A stretch of DNA of 63,942 nt, counting the filler, from Octopus bimaculoides (Eukaryota): NCBI RefSeq assembly GCF_001194135.2. It is 5 parts of 5 records of this genome, joined end to end, with 100 filler letters (N's around TTAATTAATTAA, not from the genome) between each part and the next. Parts side by side here need not be neighbours in the genome. Positions count along the whole stretch, not along the records: positions 13,270 to 44,389 come from NC_068986.1; 4 more parts are not named here. One strand, written 5' to 3'. Shown piece by piece: positions 24,540 to 38,048 of this stretch. The position numbers and the translations under genes are program-made. Each line of letters begins with the position of its first letter. Within the stretch, counting starts at the first letter, position 1. Under the pieces are notes generated by a model. That model did not search any database. It was not told the DNA's origin and saw only the letters and a list, made by a program, of their open reading frames with translations.

Positions 24540-25970
24540 TCTAGCCATGTTTATGGCTACACAGCCCTAGGTCTCCCATGGAGTAAAATTTGGCCAGCCA
24601 TTAAAGTGGACGTAAAAAAATATATATTATCTTTTTTGCATCCAGCTTATTACCTATACCCACCTCCCATTTGATACCCAGCTTTGTAGATCCGGCGTCT
24701 GCTTTATTTTATTTCCTCCCTTATCTGTCCGTCTTTACATTTGCCCCACCCACTTAATTTCTTTGGATAGGAATACACTTTACTAGTCCTTACACTCACT
24801 CTCTTTAATTTCCCTAAATAAGAATACCCCTCACTATCCTTATTAGCATATATCTACTACAATGCACTTATTTCTTTATCTACCTATCTTTCTCACACCA
24901 GATTGTATTAATTATTTTTCCCCAATTTCTATGAACTGAATACCCCTCATTATACTGAATAACACATATCTAGTACAAAGCTCTCATCTAACTATCTATC
25001 TTTCTCTCACCAGAGTGTATTATTTATTCCTCTTCTCAATATTTGTACGGCTGTAGAACAGTTAGCATTCATTTTCCCTCACTGCCATTCTTTTCTTTTG
25101 TTTCACCATGGTGATCATGGATTTACCGAAAGAATACCTGACCTAACTGGATTTTATTTGATCCTTCCTTCCTCTTGGACATAATGAATACACAACAAAT
25201 AACATTCATGAGAAACTTTCTTCCACTGGCTAACCCATGCCACTCCGATGACGGAACACCCAACTTCGATCCATACTATGTTCCAATACCTGAAATATCC
25301 CCAAAACTTTTGTCAGAGACTAATTTTTTACCATTCGTTATGTAGCTAAATTAGATTAAATTAAGTTAAATTAAATGTCTTTGTCAAGTCTTGCTTAATT
25401 GTTTGCCTTTCCTCACTTCTTTAACCTATACCTACTGACTCAAAGTGAAGCCACAACTGTCCGTTTTGAACAAAGCGATCATATAACCACGAATTCAACT
25501 GCTGTTCAAACTGGGATTTTTGTGTTGCACCTATTTAAGCACTCCCCACTCTCTCTCTCAAATATATGTATATGTATAATTATAAAAACTAAAATCTAAA
25601 AAGTCAAAAGGAAGCGTAAGTATGGTTAGGCAAGAGAAGAAGCCATGATGTTGTAGCATGGAAATGTAGACTTACGGTTGGTAACTGAGTATCGCCTGAG
25701 GAGATGCATATAGATCTTCTTATATAGGTAAATCCTTATATGATTTAATTTAAACTTAACTTTAAATCCTGTATATACGAGGATCTGTATGTATCGAAAC
25801 ATTTGTAGCGATTAAAAAGCTGCCTAACCGTACTTACTCTAACTTTTTACTCTTTTACTTTCACACACGAGGAATACCTAAGGCTGGAATTGGTAGCATA
25901 CCATAAGAATACTACAAGTTGTTTCGGAATTCGTACACTTATTCGTTCTTAACAGAATACACCTCAACTN
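24540..25970. mobile_element. Probable Penelope-like pLTR remnant(s) carrying hammerhead motifs
   Basis: One intact and two degenerate hammerhead-like motifs; no ORF recognised. The assignment is inferred from the known link between Penelope-like elements and hammerheads. Confidence 0.35.
25691..25812 (+). ncRNA. Type I hammerhead ribozyme
   Basis: Stem I ATCGC/GCGAT; core CTGAGGA (25696-25702); stem II GATGCATA/TATGTATC, extendable; GAAAC (25796-25800); minimal stem III AC-attt-GT; cleavage triplet GTA (25805-25807). Confidence 0.75.
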
Positions 25971-27667
25971 NNNNNNNNNNNNNNNNNNNNNNNNNNNNNN
26001 NNNNNNNNNNNNNNNNNNNNNNNNNNNNNNNNNNNNNNNNNNNNNNNNNNNNNNNNNNNNNNNNNNNNNNNNNNNNNNNNNNNNNNNNNNNNNNNNNNNN
26101 NNNNNNNNNNNNNNNNNNNNNNNNNNNNNNNNNNNNNNNNNNNNNNNNNNNNNNNNNNNNNNNNNNNNNNNNNNNNNNNNNNNNNNNNNNNNNNNNNNNN
26201 NNNNNNNNNNNNNNNNNNNNNNNNNNNNNNNNNNNNNNNNNNNNNNNNNNNNNNNNNNNNNNNNNNNNNNNNNNNNNNNNNNNNNNNNNNNNNNNNNNNN
26301 NNNNNNNNNNNNNNNNNNNNNNNNNNNNNNNNNNNNNNNNNNNNNNNNNNNNNNNNNNNNNNNNNNNNNNNNNNNNNNNNNNNNNNNNNNNNNNNNNNNN
26401 NNNNNNNNNNNNNNNNNNNNNNNNNNNNNNNNNNNNNNNNNNNNNNNNNNNNNNNNNNNNNNNNNNNNNNNNNNNNNNNNNNNNNNNNNNNNNNNNNNNN
26501 NNNNNNNNNNNNNNNNNNNNNNNNNNNNNNNNNNNNNNNNNNNNNNNNNNNNNNNNNNNNNNNNNNNNNNNNNNNNNNNNNNNNNNNNNNNNNNNNNNNN
26601 NNNNNNNNNNNNNNNNNNNNNNNNNNNNNNNNNNNNNNNNNNNNNNNNNNNNNNNNNNNNNNNNNNNNNNNNNNNNNNNNNNNNNNNNNNNNNNNNNNNN
26701 NNNNNNNNNNNNNNNNGAGGTACTGGCAGAAGACAGTTGCCCAAGTTGCCACTCAGTGGGACTGAACCTGGAACCACACTGTTGGAAAACAAATACAGTT
26801 TAATAAATACCGAAACTTAATACAAATCCTTCGTTTTGGCTTTTGGTTCCTTCGATAAGTGTGATTTAACAATGAATATACAATTAGAGTCAAATGATTT
26901 AAAGCACCTTATAAAAGTCATTTAATACTCGCAAATGTATATGTTATTAGGTGTAGCCGTGGTCAAAATCGTCGTATATAGGTATATCAGATATAGCAAT
27001 GTAACTGATCAAGGAAAACAAAATGGGTAGAGAATAAGAAGTTAATGGGGAAAGTTTAGATAAGAAGAATGATGTTGGAAGAAGAAAGAAAAGATAATAC
27101 TACAGAAAAATTAAATGTGAACAATATGTATCGATTAAAAAAGCATCTAAATCAAAAGATGTAGATATGATTGGAAGATAACCAAAAGTAGCGGGCATGA
27201 GTAATATAGAAAGAATTTATTGTGTAATATGTTGTTTAAAAGAGAACTTATATAACGGTCTGTTTACAAAATAGCGATTAATAGTGAGATAACAAAAATA
27301 AGTTAAAGAGGAGGTGAAGAAATAAAAGAATTATTAAGAAAGTAACACTATAATATATGGTGTCTGGAAGATATGGAAAAGTTAATTGCAAAGTTTTTAA
27401 TGTGATGTTATCAATTAATTGTAAAACATTATTTATATTTATGAGTCTAGATTTTATACTTCGATAGAAATACAATGGGTTGACTGAGTGGCTATGCGGC
27501 TACGAGTGTAAATCTATTGGCCTTTTTTTTTTTTTTTGATGATATAAAATACATAATTAGATAATGCTAAGATACTCACTGATACTTAAGTAGAAACGTA
27601 AGTTTATAGCGGTAGATATAAATTTACTTCTAAACATCTTTTAAGCATCTATCTGTCTGTCTATCCA

Positions 27668-27815
27668 GATGTGGCTCTGCAATAAGAATTTGCTTCGCAA
27701 CCACAGGGCTGTGGGTTCATTCACGCTATGTGGCACCTTGGGAAAGTGTGTTCCACTATAACCTCTGGCCGACCAAAGCCTTGGGTGAGTCGATTTGCTA
27801 GACGAAAACTGAAAT
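27668..27815 (+). mobile_element. SINE family A, 5' half
   Basis: TGTGGCACCTTGGGAAAGTG..CTATAACCTCTGGCCGACCAAAGCCTTG. Confidence 0.75.
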
Positions 27816-27839
27816 ATACGTATGTATATGTAGGTACGT

Positions 27840-28085
27840 CGAGGCGCGTGGCTTTGTGGTTAAGGGTGTCATCATCATGATCGTAGGATTGTGGTTTTGA
27901 TTCCTAGACCGGGCGACGCGTTGTGTTCTTGAGCAAAACATTTCATTTCACGTTGCTCCACTCGACTCATCTGGCAAAAATGAGTAAGGATGCGATGGAT
28001 TGGCGTCCCATGCAGCTGGGGTACACATACACCATTGAAACCGGGAAACCGGTCCCATGAGACTGGCTAGGCTTTAAAAGGGCGT
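27840..28085 (+). mobile_element. SINE family C
   Basis: GAGGCGCGTGGCTTTGTGGTTAAG head, TTGCTCCACTCGACTCATCTG and GCGATGGATTGGCGTCCCAT. Confidence 0.75.
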
Positions 28086-28129
28086 ATTTATATATTTTTT
28101 ATATGTAGGCACAGACGAGGCTGTGTGGA

Positions 28130-28645
<516 letters not shown>

Positions 28646-28654
28646 ATATAATAG

Positions 28655-28820
28655 TTCCAAGTTTTGGCATCAACCACGAAATTTAAGTGTGGGGGTGAGG
28701 GACTAGTCGATAATTTTATCAACCGCAGAAAGATGACAGACAAAGTTCAACGGAAAGACGAACGAAATTCCGCTAAGTATTTTTCTAGTCGTCCCAACGA
28801 TATTACCAGCACGCCGCCTT
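28655..28820 (-). mobile_element. SINE family B, internally deleted
   Basis: GTTCCAAGTTTTGGCA...ACCAGCACGCCGCCTT. Confidence 0.65.
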
Positions 28821-28982
28821 ATGCGTGTGTATGTATGTATATATATATAAAATATATAGTTTTAGGGAAAATAACCAAGTTTCAAGAACTCATCGATGAA
28901 AATCCACTATCACATATAGAAAAATTAACAATTAAAAGCACAATAAATGAGTATAATATAAAACAAAGTAAATACCATATAT

Positions 28983-29290
28983 ATGCGTATAAGAAAGGAT
29001 GACCACTAAGTAGACATCCGATGTGCTAGAAAGAGGTTATCAACGACACAACAAACAAAAAAAATTATTCTCCAGAAAAAATTCAGTAAACACTAGAACA
29101 TAAGCGGGCAAGACAAATGAAAAATATACAAAATAAAGAATTAATCGTATACCAGTATACCAAATTAACCGTATACTTTCTTATACGCATGTAATACAAT
29201 TTTTCTGAATTTTCAGATTTTTTTATATGCTAGGCCACTGGTTTTAGTTGATGTCAATTAAATTAATATTCAATTTATCACCCTCAGTAT
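28983..29290. repeat. Unclassified interspersed repeat, partly shared with 24028-24155; has a 15-bp inverted repeat
   Basis: ATGCGTATAAGAAAG (28983) / CTTTCTTATACGCAT (29176-29190); shared tail AATTAAATTAATATTCAATTTATCACCCTCAGTAT. Confidence 0.6.
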
Positions 29291-29819
29291 NNNNNNNNNN
29301 NNNNNNNNNNNNNNNNNNNNNNNNNNNNNNNNNNNNNNNNNNNNNNNNNNNNNNNNNNNNNNNNNNNNNNNNNNNNNNNNNNNNNNNNNNNNNNNNNNNN
29401 NNNNNNNNNNNNNNNNNNNNNNNNNNNNNNNNNNNNNNNNNNNNNNNNNNNNNNNNNNNNNNNNNNNNNNNNNNNNNNNNNNNNNNNNNNNNNNNNNNNN
29501 NNNNNNNNNNNNNNNNNNNNNNNNNNNNNNNNNNNNNNNNNNNNNNNNNNNNNNNNNNNNNNNNNNNNNNNNNNNNNNNNNNNNNNNNNNNNNNNNNNNN
29601 NNNNNNNNNNNNNNNNNNNNNNNNNNNNNNNNNNNNNNNNNNNNNNNNNNNNNNNNNNNNNNNNNTTTATAATTATATATATATATATATATATAATATA
29701 TATATATATATATCTATATATATATATATATATAGTGTTTTTAAATTTTGGTACCAGGCCGCCTTCTTACCAGTCAGCAGACCTGCGCCTCCACACGGCC
29801 AAGCCTGTATCTACATATA

Positions 29820-30100
29820 CATATGTATATTTCAGTTTTCGTCTAGCGAGTCGACTCCCACAAGGCTTTGGTCAGCCAGAAGTTATTGTTTAAATTTTGG
29901 TACCAAGCGAGCAATTTCCGAGAAGGGGATAAGTCGATTACTTTCACCCTAGTGAACAACGGTTACCTATTTCATCGACTTCGAAAGAATGAAATGCAAA
30001 TTTGACCTCGACGGAATTTGAACTCAGAGCGGAAAGACGAACGGAATGCCGGTATGCATTTCGCCCGGCGTTCTAACGATACTACCAGCTCGATCCCTTA
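29820..30100 (-). mobile_element. Adjacent SINE family A fragment and SINE family B copy
   Basis: CACAAGGCTTTGGTCAGCC, followed by GAAAGAATGAAATGCAAATTTGACCTCGACGGAATTTGAACTCAG. Confidence 0.75.
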
Positions 30101-31663
30101 TGAAAATATGTATATAGATAGAAAAAGGTAAGAAAAAATGAGAGAGAATATCTAAGCAATCTGAAGTATTGGGGAGTATATTACTTGCGTTCCTTAGAGG
30201 AAACCAAACTGCATTATACATAAGCTATATTTTACAGATGATTATTGTATCAAATGTCTAATGATGGCGACATTTAAAAGGAAACTTCAAAAACAAACGA
30301 GTGCATATCACATAACATACCATGCAATTCTTGTTATTTATTTAACATTGGAATGTTTGATATCGAAGTAGATAAAAATCTTCCGTTCACTGAATTTTAT
30401 ATATTCACATGTAATATGGAAAGGTTAAACATTGACTATTGTTGTCTATCAGCTAGCGTTTGATGCCTGGAAAAAGAAACCTGACGACAAGCTGGCAAAA
30501 GCGTATCTATGAATGTATGGATGTGTGTATATATATATATATATATATATNNNNNNNNNNNNNNNNNNNNNNNNNNNNNNNNNNNNNNNNNNNNNNNNNN
30601 NNNNNNNNNNNNNNNNNNNNNNNNNNNNNNNNNNNNNNNNNNNNNNNNNNNNNNNNNNNNNNNNNNNNNNNNNNNNNNNNNNNNNNNNNNNNNNNNNNNN
30701 NNNNNNNNNNNNNNNNNNNNNNNNNNNNNNNNNNNNNNNNNNNNNNNNNNNNNNNNNNNNNNNNNNNNNNNNNNNNNNNNNNNNNNNNNNNNNNNNNNNN
30801 NNNNNNNNNNNNNNNNNNNNNNNNNNNNNNNNNNNNNNNNNNNNNNNNNNNNNNNNNNNNNNNNNNNNNNNNNNNNNNNNNNNNNNNNNNNNNNNNNNNN
30901 NNNNNNNNNNNNNNNNNNNNNNNNNNNNNNNNNNNNNNNNNNNNNNNNNNNNNNNNNNNNNNNNNNNNNNNNNNNNNNNNNNNNNNNNNNNNNNNNNNNN
31001 NNNNNNNNNNNNNNNNNNNNNNNNNNNNNNNNNNNNNNNNNNNNNNNNNNNNNNNNNNNNNNNNNNNNNNNNNNNNNNNNNNNNNNNNNNNNNNNNNNNN
31101 NNNNNNNNNNNNNNNNNNNNNNNNNNNNNNNNNNNNNNNNNNNCGGCAGCTTTCGTCCTAATTTTGGGACTGCCATGTTGGCTTGGCGATAACTATATAT
31201 AGAGAGTTATCGTCCTAATTTTGGGACTGCCATGTTGGCTTGGCGATAACTATTAATATATATATATATATATATGAGAAGTTTCAAATAGTGAATGTGT
31301 AGCAAAGCTAACGGCAGTATCCCAGCATGGTAGCGGCTCTCGAGATATATAATTGCTTGTGTGTGTGTGTATGTGTGTCTCTGTGTGTGTGTGTGCGTGT
31401 GCGTGTGTGTATGTGTGTGAGCGCGTGCGTTTGGACAAAGAAATGAACAGGATGGTCATACAAGTAGTATATCTCTTTACAGTTAGATGTTGGCACAAAT
31501 TGATGACTGCTCAATATATTCTCTGAAGTAGATATTATAAAAATGTTAACCTCGATTATGTTACCATTACGGTATTTCTCGGTTATGAGAATAAATCGCC
31601 TAAAATTGTATCAACTAATAAATATTTTGAAACTGATAGAATTTGTTAAATTTAATGCCTCAA

Positions 31664-31722
31664 GGCTACGACACGTAAAGCTACGACACGTAACAATACG
31701 ACACGTAACAATACGACACTTA
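31664..31722 (+). repeat. 15-bp minisatellite (TACGACACGTAA-core) x4
   Basis: gctacgacacgtaaa gctacgacacgtaac aatacgacacgtaac aatacgacactt. Confidence 0.9.
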
Positions 31723-32110
31723 AATTTTCCTTTGGTTCTAATATTTATGTTTTGATATCTCTATCCTGACCTATTTAACTCTTCTAATTTTCTACATAGA
31801 ATTCTTTCCTATGACTGCATTTTGAGATTATCTCTATCTTTCAGTTTAAGGTGTATATAATTCCTTATATCCATATTCTTTCACATGCTATATTACAATG
31901 CCCTTACAATTATATCGCGAGGTGCCGCCAGACGTACAATTCGGATTCGAAGTACAATCTCTTATTGCCACTCAGCTATCTTTCGTTGCTTAATTTTCTA
32001 TTTTTGCTTTTCCTTGCTTCCTTGTTAAAGTAAATCTGCTTTTTTCTCTCAATAATTTAATGTTTTATATTTTTTATTTTTTTATTTCTTTTCTTCCTTT
32101 CATTCCTTTA

Positions 32111-32155
32111 GGAGGAGGAGGAGGAGGAGGAGGAGGAGGAGGAGGAGGAGGAGGA
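32111..32155 (+). repeat. (GGA)n microsatellite
   Basis: Direct observation. Confidence 0.95.
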
Positions 32156-32712
32156 ATTACTAGGAGACGTGAAAGGCAACTATATCGACCTCAACTCTGA
32201 CTGCAAGGATAAAAAAAGGGGGCGTTGACATCGTTGAGTCTTGAGCTCAGAACGTAAGAGAGCCAATTATTAAAGTAGAGAATTCAATACTAAACTATTA
32301 TGGGACAATAAGTAGACGTGTCTAACTATATGTTCTAATTTCGACTTCAATTAAAAATGGTTCAAAGTCAGTAAAGATTTAATAATATAAAAGTGATGGA
32401 TGAAAGGAACAACAAACACAAACATTACAGAGAAATTAAGCAAATTATGAATATACGTTTCCATATGCGCTACTTAAAATATTTTGAAAATATAGGTAGC
32501 TTAATGTTTTTTCTGTGATGTTCCACTTAATAGTCTTAAAGAATTATGACCACTTGAGTCACTCAAATTAAAATGCAGTTGTCAATGAATATTTAAATCC
32601 CCCTTGAAGTTCAAACAAAATCAATTTATTTGAAAAATCTGTGATTTCACGATAAGAGCTGGTTAGTAGCATGTGAGTATATATATATATACACACATAT
32701 ATATACATATGT

Positions 32713-32750
<38 letters not shown>

Positions 32751-33760
32751 TTATTTATTTATTTATTTATATATATGTATCTATGTATGTATATACATAT
32801 ATATAAGTATAGGGAGGTAAATATGCATATGCATGAATGTGTGCAGTTTCATACACACATGCGATGATATGTACGTCTGTCTGTACATATATATAGAGAG
32901 ATATGTATGTGTAGGTATATNNNNNNNNNNNNNNNNNNNNNNNNNNNNNNNNNNNNNNNNTATATATATATATAGATAGATAGATAGATAGATAGATAGT
33001 GAGATAATGAGATAGATAGATAGATAGATAGATATGTGGATAAATGTGTGCGTATGTATGTGTGTTGTGTGTTTATGTGTGCGTATGTATGTGTGTTGTG
33101 TGCTTATGCGTGTCTGTTGTATGTGTATGTCAATTGATAGCTGATAAAATATGAAATAGTGAAAGAGACAAAGGAAGACAAATAAAGGAACATTGATATA
33201 TAGGGCCTTGAACTGTTGGAAGTTTTTAACACCACCTTAATTTAGGATATTAGTAAGATATTTCTGATAGATAATGCGAAATTTAGGATTATTATCATTT
33301 GTTTCTCTCGAAACAAGGAAAATTTAAAACTTTATACGTCATTTTACAAAATAACTTCAGTATGCCGACTTCTTCCAAAAAAAAAGAAAAAACATAACTA
33401 AATGAATATTTAAGTTTAGATAATCAGTTGTGGATTCAAAAGTCTCGTGAAATCATGTGGGAATTCGGTAGACGCTGTGAGAATATGTCTACTTCAAAGC
33501 AATAATTTATGTACGTTTGCTTTGTTATTGCTGTTGTTGTTGTTAGTTCTTATGTTATTATTTTTAAATTGATGCATATTTCTTCCATGCTTGAATTTAT
33601 GAAACGAAACAAAAGAGATGTTATCATAAGTGGAAAAACGATTTACAAGTTGATTATGAAAAATTCAACCATAAATCGGAATTTAATACACAGGAAAAAA
33701 CATAGAGGAGAGCGTTCCTATTGAATCATGAAGAATATAAGGCAGATTTCTACTATTGTA

Positions 33761-34642
33761 CGAGATGGTACACAGATTTTCCCGAACCATTTCTGTAGCT
33801 CGGCAACAGATGACAGCACACGGTTGCGTGCGCAATGTGTGCTAGCATTGACGACTTTCGTGAGGCAGTGTGCCGAGTGAAATTGTTGTGTTTACCTTGC
33901 AAGATGTGAAATTTGTGTTTTTGTGATTACATGTATGCTGTAGCCCGCGATTGTATCATGGACAGGTACAAAGAGCCAACATGAAAGTTTGCGATAAACT
34001 TGGGAAGTCTGCTACAAACATCGGCGGCAAGCTTATGACGACAAAGCAATGGGTTGTACGCTATATTTCGAATGGCACGTGTGCTTCAAAACCGGAAGAA
34101 CGTCCCTGGAAGACGATGAGCAATATGGAAGATCTACCACGAGAGTCACTCCCGCTATTGTACATCGAGAATTCGTCCTCCAGGCCAGACCGACAATCGA
34201 GAGTTCTGCTTCGACGTTTGAAATGTTTGACGGAGTTCATTCAGCAAAAGCGACAGGATCTGTTGAGAGCAAAGTATTGGTTTCTTCACAACAACAAAGC
34301 AAACTGTCATTAAGCTCTTCTCACCCGTAAGTTTCTCGCAGAAAACAAGACGGCAACACTTCCGCAATCTCCCTATTCGACAGATTTAGCACCTGTTTCC
34401 CAAGATGCAAACGCAACACAAAGGTTACCGTTTTAATATTGCTGTATGGCGAATCGCTGAAGGTCCTCAACTCGCTTATGGAAATGACTTCCAGGCCAAA
34501 TTCGAAACGTGGTAGGAACGCTGGAACCGGTATATCACTGTGCTTGGTGATAATTTCGAAGAAAACTATGTCAAAACTTTAGGTAAATAAGTTATATTTT
34601 ATTAATCATAACTAGTCCTGGAGCATTTTTGATACCACCTTG
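33761..34642 (+). mobile_element. Mariner transposon, internally deleted and degraded
   Basis: QRANMKVCDKLGKSAT, FEWHVCFKTGRTSLEDDE..GRSTT, HREFV and PQSPYSTDLAP; diverged TIRs, each flanked by TA. Confidence 0.88.
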
Positions 34643-35782
34643 TATGTTCATATTTTAAATACATGAAACAAAGTTGTATGAATGCAGTGTGGTCGGATGG
34701 TGTTAGGGAGTGCAAGAATAGAAATTATGACTCGCATACTAATTCTTAATACTTTACGGCAGGTTCGAACATAAATATCGCTGCTGTGTTTCATCTTCGG
34801 AGAACAATTTCTCCTTGCAAACAAATATTTGCTCACGACACACTTCATCTATTATCAGTTTGCATCAGCAACTAATTTGTTTGCTGAAGTTATAAACAAG
34901 AGACACGAATTCGTATTAGATTCATTAAATCAAATCATACAATGATGGTATCTTTGTTGACGCTTTAAGGGAGATGGTTTAACAGGTTCAGATCGTCCCT
35001 TGCAAAACTCGGTATGTGTTTTTAAATTAGGTTTTAATAATATATCTAAAAAACGCCGCTGAGTCTGTCTGCTTCACAGTTTGAACCTGCTACATTTGCT
35101 CTAATTTTTTGGTCTGTGGGCTGTTGTATGTTTAAATCATTTGAAGTTGATTCTTTACAGGTAACCTTAATGGTTTGGTTCTTATGAAATTTTGGGAAAG
35201 CGTAGAACTAGCAACCAAAATGAATTAGGTAGTTACGATGTTTGATTGTTAAGCTAGTCTGATGTCGGTGAATGGGTGTGTTCGGGTTTATCATAGTTTT
35301 TAATATCTGGTAATTGTTCAGCTGTTCGTAATAGGCCGTATCTTGCAGTAGAAATAATATAGCACCATATACATACATATATATATATATATATATCGAC
35401 CCACGATAAACAGTTATGTGGCTATTACAATCCACAATTGAATATGTATAAAATGTGGAAGACTGTGCCTCTCAACCTGAGATCTGAAGAGACAGGATAA
35501 GAGACTGCATATGGTGGTACCTGTTTCTCCTAGCAGCCAGAACAGCTGCGTAGTATGTAATAAAATGTGTAAAACCTTGGCTGGGCTTAAAAGTCATATA
35601 AGGGCATCAATAAGGGCATCAATAAGGGCATCAATAATGAATCATTTCAGTAAGTCGTTTTGACAATGGCTTTTTGTCATGTAATGAGGGTGCAGCTACG
35701 ATAAACATGTGTGTATATATACATGTGTGTAATATATACATGTGTGTATATATACATGTGCATGTGTGTGTGTATGCGACAG

Positions 35783-35930
35783 GCTTCTTTTAGTTTCCGC
35801 CTGCCAAATCCACTGTCAATGCTTTGGTCGGCCCGAGGCTATAGTGGAAGAAAATCGCCCAAAGTGCCACGCAGTGAGACTGAACTCGGAAGCATGTAGT
35901 TAGGAAGCAGGTTTCTTACCTCACAGCGAC
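35783..35930 (-). mobile_element. SINE family A, 5' half
   Basis: GGCTTCTTTTAGTTTCCGCCTGCCAAATCCAC...GTGCCACGCAGTGAGACTGAAC. Confidence 0.8.
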
Positions 35931-37079
35931 ACACACACACACACACGTGTGTGTGTGTGTGTATGTGTGTGTATGTGTGTGTTTATACATATACAAATGG
36001 ATATGCTTATATATTGCTTGCATTTAATGTTATGGAATATACTGTATACATTAAATGAAACAGAATACTATAGTATCACGTAGCGAATCGACTTTTCACT
36101 CAAAGAGATATAGATTTGACAGCATATGTCTCTTTAATAATGCGACATTTGCTTCCAAACTTACGATTGAAATTTGGCCTTTTCTGTTCGGAAGATATTA
36201 TTTTGCACCTAAAGTTATATTCATTTTCTCATTTGCTAACCGATCTGTTTCCCAAAGATTATGTACTATGATACGCCTAGCCTGTATTAGTACATACAAT
36301 ATTGTCTCTACCAGAGTGTTACAAATGGTAAGCGAAGTCATTGTTTGTCACTACGTATAATACCAAATAATTTGGCATAGTTACAATGCTACCTCTGTCT
36401 TTCTTTCTTCCTTTCTTTCTTTCTAAAATTGTATGTTGTTTACACAGAATAATGAAATGAATACTAGTTTTTAAATTAAAATTGGTAATTAAATTATAGA
36501 AAAAATTAATACAATATTTTTTCTTTGTATATGCGTTAGATGATACAATTAACAATATTACTGTTTAACTATCAATTAATATAGTACAATTGTTGCTTGT
36601 ATGTAGCCTGACCTAATATTAACCACACTGGCAAATGTATATTATACTATTATAAGAAACGTTAAAGTTTTGTAAACAAAAGCGGTGAAACACCAGTGGC
36701 GAATCAGTTCCATCTCAAAGTTAAGACTGAAATTTACTCAGTTAACAGGCCTGAGCCGTTGTAGTAGACACGGGGGTAGTAGGAGATAGTAAATTAGTAA
36801 TAGTAAAGGATTAATAGGGTTAAACAGTTATTAGGCGGTAAGCTGGAAAAATCATTACCACGTCGTACAATATAATCAGTGCCGAGGTCCGTTTTCCTTT
36901 TCAACGGATCGGGATCGATAAAATAAAGTACCAGTCAAGTACTTAAGTCTATGTAATTCAGTTATCCCTTCACCTTAAAATTATTGGCTGTCACCCAGTA
37001 ATGGACCGTCGTTCTCAACAAGCGGGATGTGGGCGGGGGTGTGGGTGTGGGTAGGAATGGTGTATTGTCGGATTTTATT

Positions 37080-37490
37080 ATTTTATTCTTTTACTTGTTT
37101 CAGTCATTTGACTGTGGCCATGCCGGAGCACCGCCTTTAGTCGAGAAAATCGACCCCAGAACTTATTCTTTGGAAGCCTAGTACTTATTCTGTCGGACTC
37201 TTTTGCCTAACCACTAAATTACGGGGACGTTAACACACCAGCATCGGTTGTCAAGCGATGTTGTGGGGACAAACACACAAAGATATACACACACACACAC
37301 ATACATACATATATATATATATATATACATGTACAACGGGCTTCTTTCAGTTGCCATCTACCAAATCCACTCACAAGGCTTTGGTCGGCCCGCGGCTATA
37401 GTAGAAGACACTTGCCCAAGGTGCCACACAGTAAGACTGTACCCGGAACCATGTGGTTCGTAAGCAAGCTACTTACTACACACCCACTCA
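37080..37490 (-). mobile_element. SINE family A, full length
   Basis: Tail TTTCAGTCATTTGACTGTGGCC through head GGAACCATGTGGTTCGTAAGCAAGCT. Confidence 0.9.
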
Positions 37491-37544
37491 AAACATGGAA
37501 AACTGACGTGTACTGGGGCTCCAGAAAAGAATCTTAATAATAGG

Positions 37545-38048
37545 CGTGCCGTTACTGAAGTATCGAAAAATTAAGACCAGTTTTTTTTTATACGTATTTA
37601 AACTTATTTGGATTTTATAGAAATATAGAAACACCATAAAATCTTTCAATCAGACGAAGAAAATACCTGAAGATGAGGAAACCCTGAAGGAGTTTTCTTC
37701 TCTCATGCTCATATATATTTAAATGATAAACTTCTGGGAAATTTCTACAGATTTTTACAGCTCCAGTGATGGATTGGATTTGTAGTCTTCGAATTAGGTT
37801 TCTCCTTTCTGGTTTTGAGAAGCCTAATTCCTCAAGATTGCTACTTAGGCAGTATGTTACATATCCCAGGGCCCCAATAATTACAAGTATAAACCTGAAC
37901 TTGTAACTTAGATAGAGTAACTGCAGATTTCTCAATAATTCAGCATAGGTGTTCTGTTTCTGACTTACCTTCGCCTTTATGTTAAGATCCACTGGAAAGC
38001 TAATTTCCACAATTGTGCACAGTTTCTCTTCCCTATCCCAAATCATTA
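37545..38048 (-). mobile_element. 5'-truncated RLE-type non-LTR retrotransposon (R4/Dong or NeSL-like)
   Basis: IWDREEKLCTIVEISFPVDLNI...KQNTYAELLRNLQ...FILVIIGALG...LQIQSITGAVKICR is a restriction-like endonuclease C-terminus. Confidence 0.8.

Noticed and set aside
25878-26803. Long ORFs spanning N runs (also 29248, 30436, 43074, 54180, 58359, 60134)
   Set aside because: Artefacts of assembly gaps, which contain no stop codons.
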